Below, in pieces: positions 55,967 to 61,585 of a stretch of DNA of 64,000 nt. The stretch lies in IMG/VR virus record IMGVR_UViG_3300012348_000120; one strand, 5' to 3'. The position numbers and the translations under genes are program-made. Each line of letters opens with the position of its first letter. The stretch's first letter is position 1. The notes below the pieces were generated by a model that saw only the letters and a list, made by a program, of their open reading frames with translations, was not told the origin of the DNA and did no database searches. The stretch is from a virus. Taxonomy: Duplodnaviria; Heunggongvirae; Uroviricota; Caudoviricetes.

Positions 55967-56198
55967 GTTCAATAGTGTGCTACTACGCCAAAGGAAAACA
56001 GAGCCAAAAATATCATACGAGAGATTGTGTTTCAAACATCATGACGAGCGATTATGTTTCTGCTACTGTCCGCATTTTCCCGCCTGACATCTCCCTATAC
56101 CACTTGTTTTCACAGCCCGATATAGTCTCTTTGCGTCTCCGGTGCTTCGTTCCACTCTTTAAAGGATGTGCTGCCTCTAAGCCAACCTCCTACTGAAC
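55967..56198 (-). ncRNA. 23S rRNA GTPase-associated-centre (H43-H44) mimic RNA with a 165-nt insert
   Basis: AGGAGGTTGGCTTAGAGGCAGCACATCCTTTAAAGAGT [165 nt] GCGTAGTAGCACACT; 9-bp closing stem GTTCAGTAG/CTATTGAAC. Confidence 0.85.
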
Positions 56199-56906
56199 TT
56201 TCAAGTAATCATATTCTCCACTAAGTAACTTCTCAACAAATGCAGGAACCATTTCAGTTGCAACTCCACCCATAGTCTCTGTAAACATAAAGTTATTATC
56301 AGAAGGATGTAGATTGATTTCAACCGTATGCGCTCTTGCTTTTTTCTTTGCAGTTTTCACAAAACCAGCCGCAGGATAAACTGTTCCAGATGTTCCGATT
56401 GAAACGAAAATGTCACAGGTTCTTAATGCATCATCAATTATTTCCATATGATATGGAAATTCTCCAAACCACACAATGTTTGGTCGCAATGCAGGATGAT
56501 AGCAATCGTCACATATATCGTGTGTTTGCATTACGCTATTTGCAGTCGTAATGTCTCCACACTTTCTACAAATAGATTCGTGTAAACTTCCATGCATATG
56601 AATTACTCTTGTTGACCCTGCTTTTTCGTGCAAGTCATCAACGTTCTGAGTAATCAAAGTAACATCAAAATTTTCATTATGCTGTAACGCTGCTAATGCA
56701 TAATGCGCCTTGTTTGGTTTAGCATACGAAACTTCTTCACGTCTATGGTTATAAAAGTCTAAAACGAGTTTAGGGTTTTTATAGAAGCCTTCTGGTGTTG
56801 CTACATCAGTTACATCGTATTCATTCCAACGTCCATCGGTGTCACGAAATGTTTTAATTCCGCTTTCTGCGGAAATACCCGCACCTGTTAATATACATAC
56901 CTTCAT
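56190..56906 (-). CDS. cobB: Sir2-family NAD-dependent deacylase (CobB-like)
   Basis: GAGISAESGIKTFRD, ITQNVDDLHEKAG, HMHG, RPNIVWFGE, IGTSGTVYPAA. Confidence 0.95.
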   Translation of the reverse strand: MKVCILTGAGISAESGIKTFRDTDGRWNEYDVTDVATPEGFYKNPKLVLDFYNHRREEVSYAKPNKAHYALAALQHNENFDVTLITQNVDDLHEKAGSTRVIHMHGSLHESICRKCGDITTANSVMQTHDICDDCYHPALRPNIVWFGEFPYHMEIIDDALRTCDIFVSIGTSGTVYPAAGFVKTAKKKARAHTVEINLHPSDNNFMFTETMGGVATEMVPAFVEKLLSGEYDYLKVQ

Positions 56907-56926
56907 TTCGTGTTCCTATAAGTTAT

Positions 56927-57002
56927 TGGTGGTGCTGGTTGGAATCGAACCAACGACAACCTAGTTATGAGCCAGGCACTCTACCGACTGAGTTACAGCA
57001 CC
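56927..57002 (-). tRNA. tRNA(CAU), elongator Met or Ile2
   Basis: Cloverleaf with G1-C72, CCA; TilS gene nearby. Confidence 0.9.
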
Positions 57003-57022
57003 GAAATTTATAGCCAGAAGCA

Positions 57023-57095
57023 AAACTGTTACAGGATTCGAACCCGCCTCTCCCCCGACTCCGCAGGAGTATCCTTTCCTATAGACGAAACAGTC
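57023..57095 (-). pseudogene. tRNA-like element with collapsed anticodon loop
   Basis: GACTGTT/AACAGTT acceptor, T arm, ACTCC-TGC-GGAGT hairpin, no CCA. Confidence 0.55.
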
Positions 57096-57170
57096 TACCT
57101 ATCAACACCTCTACGACGATGATTGAAGATAGTCTTCCAGCTAAGGTAGTCGCAGCTACCTATTCTATCT

Positions 57171-57247
57171 TGGTGGCGGGTGAGGGATTTGAACCCCCGA
57201 TCTTCTGGTTATGAGCCAGACGAGATAGACCACTTCTCCAACCCGCA
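57171..57247 (-). tRNA. tRNA-fMet(CAU)-like
   Basis: U1:C72 mismatch, initiator-like body, CCA. Confidence 0.88.
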
Positions 57248-57252
57248 TCAAT

Positions 57253-57368
57253 TGGCATCCCGTTAGCCGATATAGAGTGGAACCTATATATCCGACCCTA
57301 CTACTTTCGTAGTAAATATTTTACATCACTATCTCTCATGAGAAGAATTGAGAGGTCTGACACGGGAC
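57253..57368 (-). ncRNA. CCA-ended non-canonical RNA
   Basis: GTCCCGT/ACGGGAT-G-CCA stem; internal tactac-GAAA-gtagta and other hairpins. Confidence 0.6.
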
Positions 57369-57382
57369 AACATCTTACTTTA

Positions 57383-57474
57383 TGGCGGTGAGTAAGGGAT
57401 TTGAACCCTTGGGAGAACTTACATTCTCCGACAGTTTAGCAAACTGCTGGCATAAACCACTCGCCCAACTCACC
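57383..57474 (-). tRNA. tRNA-Ser(GCU)
   Basis: Type II cloverleaf, G73, CCA. Confidence 0.95.
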
Positions 57475-57475
57475 A

Positions 57476-57670
57476 TTATGTTTTTAGTTGTAAGTTTTTT
57501 TCTTTGATAAAGTTAGCAATATCGCTAGGTCTAACACGAACTTCCCAATCATCAATTACATATCCGATTTCGCGTTTGTCAAATGCTCCAACATATCTGA
57601 TTTTGACATGTGAACGTCCAACGGAATATTCAAATGTTTGATCATTTACTTCAATCTTACGATAACTCAT
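57476..57670 (-). CDS. hypothetical protein
   Basis: 64 aa, AAGGAG RBS. Confidence 0.55.
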   Translation of the reverse strand: MSYRKIEVNDQTFEYSVGRSHVKIRYVGAFDKREIGYVIDDWEVRVRPSDIANFIKEKNLQLKT

Positions 57671-57713
57671 TACGTTCTCCTTACGGGTTGCTAGGCACTA
57701 TGCCTATGAAATA

Positions 57714-57788
57714 TGGCGAGAGAGGTAGGAATTGAACCCACGACACCGAGTTTTGGAGACTCGTGTTCTACCACTGAACTACACTCCC
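57714..57788 (-). tRNA. tRNA-Trp(CCA)
   Basis: Cloverleaf, CCA. Confidence 0.93.
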
Positions 57789-57796
57789 ACTTATAG

Positions 57797-57876
57797 TGGT
57801 ATCAATCCCCTTACCCCGATGATGCTATCTTTGGACAACAGTATCGCTACTGCTTTTCTATGATGGATAGATTGAT
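57797..57876 (-). ncRNA. CCA-ended non-canonical RNA
   Basis: ATCAATC/GATTGAT-A-CCA stem; gcagta-GCGA-tactgt hairpin; no T loop. Confidence 0.5.
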
Positions 57877-57884
57877 TACATATT

Positions 57885-57960
57885 TGGTGAATCGGGTGGG
57901 ATTCGAACCCACGTATCCCGATTAAAAGTCGGGTGCTAAAACCAACTCAGCTACCGATCC
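57885..57960 (-). tRNA. tRNA-Lys(UUU)
   Basis: Cloverleaf, CCA. Confidence 0.95.
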
Positions 57961-58149
57961 ATAAACTTTACTGGTTCTCACATCTTGAACCGAATGTTGT
58001 CTAGCATTGTGACCCCGACCCCCCGCTACTTGCGGGATGGAAGTATCTAGATCAAACTCGCATTACCTTCACCGACTAGCTTATCACTGCCAATGCACTG
58101 TGGTCAGACTCATCATCACTTCGCGGTGTATTTCTACACAAGGTAAACT

Positions 58150-58226
58150 TGGCACTTCCGACAGGATTCGAACCTGTAACCTTTCGCTTCGTAGGCGAAT
58201 GCTCTATCCAGTTGAGCTACGGAAGT
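58150..58226 (-). tRNA. tRNA-Arg(ACG)
   Basis: Cloverleaf, CCA. Confidence 0.95.
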
Positions 58227-58279
58227 ATATTCAGTCGGAATTTCTTTTAACGTGCTGCCGAATCAGACACAGGTATTTT

Positions 58280-58363
58280 TGGTGGGAGTGGAAGGAATCG
58301 AACCTACCGTGCGTTACCGCGAGGGATTTACAATCCCCGGCCTCACCTTGAGGCGACACTCCC
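58280..58363 (-). tRNA. tRNA-Tyr(GUA)
   Basis: Type II cloverleaf, CCA. Confidence 0.93.
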
Positions 58364-58368
58364 AATTA

Positions 58369-58497
58369 TGGTGCTGGATTTTTTCGGCGTCAACACTACA
58401 CTTGAGGAAGACATTCCCAGTAGAGAATGTCTATCACTTGTCAACTGCTGACGTTTTGACTTTACATGGATTAGAATAAACCGCTTCCACAACCAGC
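58369..58497 (-). ncRNA. CCA-ended non-canonical RNA
   Basis: GCTGG/CCAGC-A-CCA stem; agacattc/gaatgtct and gtcaa/ttgac hairpins. Confidence 0.55.
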
Positions 58498-58503
58498 TTA
58501 GAT

Positions 58504-58550
58504 GACCGACCTGTAATATGGTGACTTGACCATATCAGGGAGAGTCGGTC
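58504..58550. other. stable intergenic hairpin
   Basis: gaccgac/gtcggtc outer stem and atatgg/ccatat inner stem. Confidence 0.5.
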
Positions 58551-58558
58551 TTAATATT

Positions 58559-58647
58559 TGGAGGACGTGGTGTGATTCGAACACACGGTATAACTTTCGT
58601 TAGCCGGATTTGCAATCCGGTGCCTTGAACCGCTCGGCCACACGTCC
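58559..58647 (-). tRNA. tRNA-Cys(GCA) with long variable arm
   Basis: U73, ccgga-tt-GCA-aa-tccgg, variable hairpin taac-GAAA-gtta. Confidence 0.9.
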
Positions 58648-58665
58648 ATTTTATCTCTTGCATTA

Positions 58666-58694
58666 TGTATAACCTGATTCGCATCAAGAGTCAA
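58666..58694 (-). promoter_or_regulatory. sigma70 promoter with CGAATCA in spacer (inside the tRNA array)
   Basis: TTGACT-N7-CGAATCA-N3-TATACA. Confidence 0.85.
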
Positions 58695-58703
58695 CAACTA
58701 TTT

Positions 58704-58793
58704 TGGCGGATGGTGAGGGATTCGAACCCCCGCTACACTTTCATGTAGCCGCCCTTTCCAGGGGCGGATAATAAACCACTCTAACAACCATCC
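58704..58793 (-). tRNA. tRNA-Ser(GGA)
   Basis: Type II cloverleaf, G73, CCA. Confidence 0.95.
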
Positions 58794-58809
58794 ATTGTTT
58801 AGGGTATTT

Positions 58810-58888
58810 TGGTCCTGCGGGAAGGATTCGAACCTTGCTCTCTCTGATCCACAATCAGATGTGCTAACCGTTGACACTACTTCGCAGG
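58810..58888 (-). tRNA. tRNA-His(GUG), A73, no G-1
   Basis: tctga-tt-GTG-ga-tcaga; slightly irregular acceptor/D junction. Confidence 0.85.
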
Positions 58889-58895
58889 ATTATTT

Positions 58896-58978
58896 TGGCA
58901 TACGTGGGAGGAATCGAACCCCTTGTGGACGGTTTTGGAGGCCGTTGTCATTACCAAATAACTTTACACTCCACGTAT
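58896..58978 (-). tRNA. second tRNA-Trp(CCA)-like, irregular
   Basis: About 7 extra nt between acceptor and D arm; one mismatch in the anticodon stem; CCA. Confidence 0.65.
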
Positions 58979-58985
58979 ATATTTT

Positions 58986-59063
<78 letters not shown>

Positions 59064-59074
59064 ACATTTTAGTT

Positions 59075-59194
59075 TGGTGCGTATGGCTGGAGTTGAACCA
59101 GCATGTCACCATGACTCATTCAACCACCGTTGAACTTATGGATTTGAACCACCTTACGTCCGTCGACGTGCGTCTACCATTTCGCCACATACGC
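59075..59194 (-). ncRNA. tRNA-Leu-like RNA without anticodon loop, expanded variable region
   Basis: GCGTATG/CATACGC-A-CCA; D arm TGGCGAAATGGTAGACGC; ACGTC-GACG-GACGT; extra T-like arm. Confidence 0.8.
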
Positions 59195-59201
59195 AAATAT
59201 T

Positions 59202-59276
59202 TGGTTGCCCCTACTGGATTTGAACCAGTGACCTATCCCTTATCAGGGGATTGCTCTACCACTGAGCTAAGAGGCA
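59202..59276 (-). tRNA. tRNA-Ile(GAU)
   Basis: Cloverleaf, CCA. Confidence 0.95.
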
Positions 59277-59288
59277 ATATTCATTATT

Positions 59289-59378
59289 TGGAAGATAGTA
59301 TCAAGGGTCGCAAATTCCTTGTGTAGCCCACTTCAAAGCAAACTTAATTACCCAAGCTACTGCGATAGAATACTATCA
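59289..59378 (-). ncRNA. CCA-ended non-canonical RNA
   Basis: GATAGTAT/ATACTATC-TT-CCA; gtagc/gctac and caagg/ccttg stems. Confidence 0.5.
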
Positions 59379-59387
59379 TCAAAATAA

Positions 59388-59473
59388 TGGTGTGGGGGGC
59401 TGGATTCGAACCAGCGTTGCTTTTCAGCGCCTGATTTACAGTCAGGTGGTTTCAACCACTCACCCACCCCCAC
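59388..59473 (-). tRNA. second tRNA-Tyr(GUA)
   Basis: Type II cloverleaf, CCA. Confidence 0.95.
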
Positions 59474-59477
59474 AAGA

Positions 59478-59572
59478 ACACAGTGACACTAACCGCTCTG
59501 ACCACTGAGCTACATTGCAGCCATACGCGCCGCAATGGATGGCTTTGAACCACCGACCTGTTGAGTATGTGT
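59478..59572 (-). ncRNA. circularly permuted tRNA-like RNA (YrlA/Y-RNA-like architecture)
   Basis: Order is T arm, looped acceptor stem, D arm; the 5' and 3' ends pair. Confidence 0.7.
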
Positions 59573-59579
59573 ATATTTT

Positions 59580-59668
59580 GTAATGAGTGCTCTATCTGGA
59601 TTCGAACCCTCGGACAGCATCAGCCCTACACCTACCGATCTGCTGATCGGAAAATAGGAGATCATTAC
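59580..59668 (-). ncRNA. T-loop-containing structured RNA
   Basis: GTAATGA/TCATTAC ends; ccgatc-agca-gatcgg; gg-TTCGAAT-cc. Confidence 0.5.
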
Positions 59669-59673
59669 ATAGC

Positions 59674-59756
59674 CCGCACAACCACGAATCGAACGTGTTT
59701 TCGTATCTGAATACATATGGACCGACCACCAAGTAGCTACTATTGGTTGTTGTGCG
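59674..59756 (-). ncRNA. tRNA-like RNA with 8-bp acceptor and tetraloop in the anticodon position
   Basis: CGCACAAC/GTTGTGCG; cacg-TTCGATT-cgtg; gtat-tcag-atac; no CCA. Confidence 0.55.
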
Positions 59757-59801
59757 ATTGATGTTAAGGTTTACCTTGGGTCATTTTAACTTGACATCAA
59801 T

Positions 59802-59936
59802 ATTTCTGTTTTCATCTACACAAAGGATGGATTCGAACCATCGTTTATCCGCACAGGGAATCGAACCCCATCAACTCGCTACCACTCAATGGATAGGTTG
59901 CGCCACCAGCGACCTTGTGTATGTGAAAACAGAAAT
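59802..59936 (-). ncRNA. long-stem RNA with two T-arm modules
   Basis: 14-bp terminal stem; gggg-TTCGATT-ccct and gatgg-TTCGAAT-ccatc. Confidence 0.65.
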
Positions 59937-60004
59937 TATTTCATTCTGTTTTTTTCTAAATTGTCAAAGAGCAATGAAGCATCGCTTCGTTTTCTTACAT
60001 TGTC

Positions 60005-60033
60005 TTTATAGACTGATTCGCTTATAAAGTCAA
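60005..60033 (-). promoter_or_regulatory. sigma70 promoter with CGAATCA at the head of the tRNA array
   Basis: TTGACT-N7-CGAATCA-N3-TATAAA. Confidence 0.85.
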
Positions 60034-60048
60034 CATCTTTTTTCAATA

Positions 60049-60082
60049 AAAAACCCTCCGAAGATTTTCATCTTGGAGGGTT
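60049..60082 (-). terminator. intrinsic terminator
   Basis: aaccctcc-aagat-gaaa-atctt-c-ggagggtt followed by a T-run. Confidence 0.8.
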
Positions 60083-60116
60083 CCTGTGTTCGTTAGAACT
60101 ATATGGATATGTAAGT

Positions 60117-60212
60117 TTACATTCCCATACCAAGACCCTCGCAGCCGCTATACATAAAGCGACCACACCAAGTGCGGCGAATAATCATCTTATGTGTAGA
60201 AGCGGTTTTCAT
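60117..60212 (-). CDS. 31-aa small ORF in a mini transcription unit
   Basis: MKTASTHKMIIRRTWCGRFMYSGCEGLGMGM; AAAGGA RBS; own promoter and terminator. Confidence 0.45.
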   Translation of the reverse strand: MKTASTHKMIIRRTWCGRFMYSGCEGLGMGM

Positions 60213-60248
60213 TGAAAGTCTTAGTCCTTTGTTTATTTCTATTCTCTA

Positions 60249-60277
60249 TATATAACACTATCAGTGTGATTCGTCAA
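60249..60277 (-). promoter_or_regulatory. sigma70 promoter with CGAATCA overlapping the -35 box
   Basis: TTGACG-aatca..-TATATA, 17-nt spacer. Confidence 0.7.
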
Positions 60278-60319
60278 GCATTATCTTCTATTTTATTTAT
60301 CTTTTTTGTATTTTTTTTC

Positions 60320-61447
60320 TTAGATTACGACAACACCAAGTGGCGGAAACCCATTGAACGCAACCGTTGAGTATGTAGTTGTGTATGCTCCACAGTTCTT
60401 GATAAAGATTCTATCACCAGACTTCAAGTCAGTTGGAAACTTTACTTTGTTGTTTTCATACAGAACATCTGCACTATCACAAGTAGGACCAGCAAGAATA
60501 CAGAACATTGTATCATTACTATGGCAATCTGGCGTAACAAACTGATACTTGATTGCTTCCTCTGCGGTTTCTGCAAGACCACTGAACTTACCAATATCTA
60601 AGTAAACCCAACGAACTTCGTCACCCTCATTTTTTGTTGACACAAGTAGAACATTGGCAGAAATCATACCAACATTTCCAACCATACCACGGCCAGGTTC
60701 AGCCATAATATACTGAACATCACCAAACTTTTGATAAATCATATCGGTAAGTAGTTGGCAATATGTCTCAGACTCGGTGATAGGAACGCCGTAGAAGGCA
60801 GGAAATCCACCGCCTATGTTGAGTAGTCTCATATCAAAACCCTTGCTCACAGCGTCTCTCCAGACCTCTGAGGCATAGGTTAGAGTGTCATCCCACATCT
60901 CTGGATGACGTGTCTGAGAACCAACATGGAAACTTATACCAATAGGTTTCAGTCCAACGTTCTTTGCATACTCCATAAGTGGAATAGCTTTTGATTGCCC
61001 ACATCCAAACTTACGGCTCAATGGCCATTCTGCTTGTGAGTTTGTAACCAACAGGCGAATGAATACCTCGCTGTTTGGTGCGTATTTTGCTATTTTGTCA
61101 AGTTCTTCTTCTGCATCTGCTGCATAAAGTTTTATGCCTTGTGCATATGCATATTCAAGGTCTGCTGGACGCTTTACTGTGTTTCCAAAGCTGATATGTT
61201 CTGGTTGCGCACCAGCATTCAAACAGATACGTATCTCTTCTGCACTTGCTGCATCAAATCTGCATCCAAGTTCATTGAGACGATTTATGATTTCCTTTTG
61301 TGGATTTGCTTTCACCGCATAGTGAATATGGGCATTTCCAAGACCAGATTTCAATTTTTTGTAGTTTTCTTCTACCTTCTCCACATCTAGAACGAGGGTT
61401 GGATAGTCGAAAACATTCGCACGAATGTAATCTTCTAATTTATCCAT
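60320..61447 (-). CDS. ornithine/lysine decarboxylase (fold-type III PLP)
   Basis: HYAVKANP, FDAAS, SRKFG, FHVGSQ, NIGGGFP, EPGRG, GPTCDSAD, GAYT. Confidence 0.95.
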   Translation of the reverse strand: MDKLEDYIRANVFDYPTLVLDVEKVEENYKKLKSGLGNAHIHYAVKANPQKEIINRLNELGCRFDAASAEEIRICLNAGAQPEHISFGNTVKRPADLEYAYAQGIKLYAADAEEELDKIAKYAPNSEVFIRLLVTNSQAEWPLSRKFGCGQSKAIPLMEYAKNVGLKPIGISFHVGSQTRHPEMWDDTLTYASEVWRDAVSKGFDMRLLNIGGGFPAFYGVPITESETYCQLLTDMIYQKFGDVQYIMAEPGRGMVGNVGMISANVLLVSTKNEGDEVRWVYLDIGKFSGLAETAEEAIKYQFVTPDCHSNDTMFCILAGPTCDSADVLYENNKVKFPTDLKSGDRIFIKNCGAYTTTYSTVAFNGFPPLGVVVI

Positions 61448-61492
61448 AGTGTTGTGACCCTTTCATAAAACAACAAAGGTATTTATAATATA

Positions 61493-61582
61493 TGGCGGAA
61501 GGTGTGGGATTCGAACCCACGAGAGGTTTCACCCCCTGCTCGTTTAGTAGACGAGTGCCATCGACCGCTCGGCCAACCTTCC
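61493..61582 (-). tRNA. tRNA-Ser(ACU)
   Basis: Type II cloverleaf, ctcgt-ct-ACT-aa-acgag, G73, CCA. Confidence 0.92.
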
Positions 61583-61585
61583 TTA

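Noticed and set aside
56016-56023. Sarcin-ricin-loop-like TACGAGAG
   Set aside because: Only 8 nt, on the opposite strand, and without SRL flanks.
55989-56153. Group I intron call for the insert
   Set aside because: The ends fit (U / G) and a GAGACTA R-like motif is present, but 165 nt is short and no TAGTC P7 partner was found; kept only as a testable option.
58051-58060. 16S 5'-end-like GAGTTTGATC (also AGAGTTTGAT at 44671)
   Set aside because: About 10-nt matches with no further 16S similarity; expected by chance.
36635-58580. TGATTCG at 36635, 54579 and 58573
   Set aside because: Inside coding or tRNA T-loop sequence and with no TTGAC at the fixed distance, so not counted as promoters.
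59478-59572. Two-piece alphaproteobacterial tmRNA
   Set aside because: No CCA after the acceptor strand, no G3-U70, no tag ORF, and too short.
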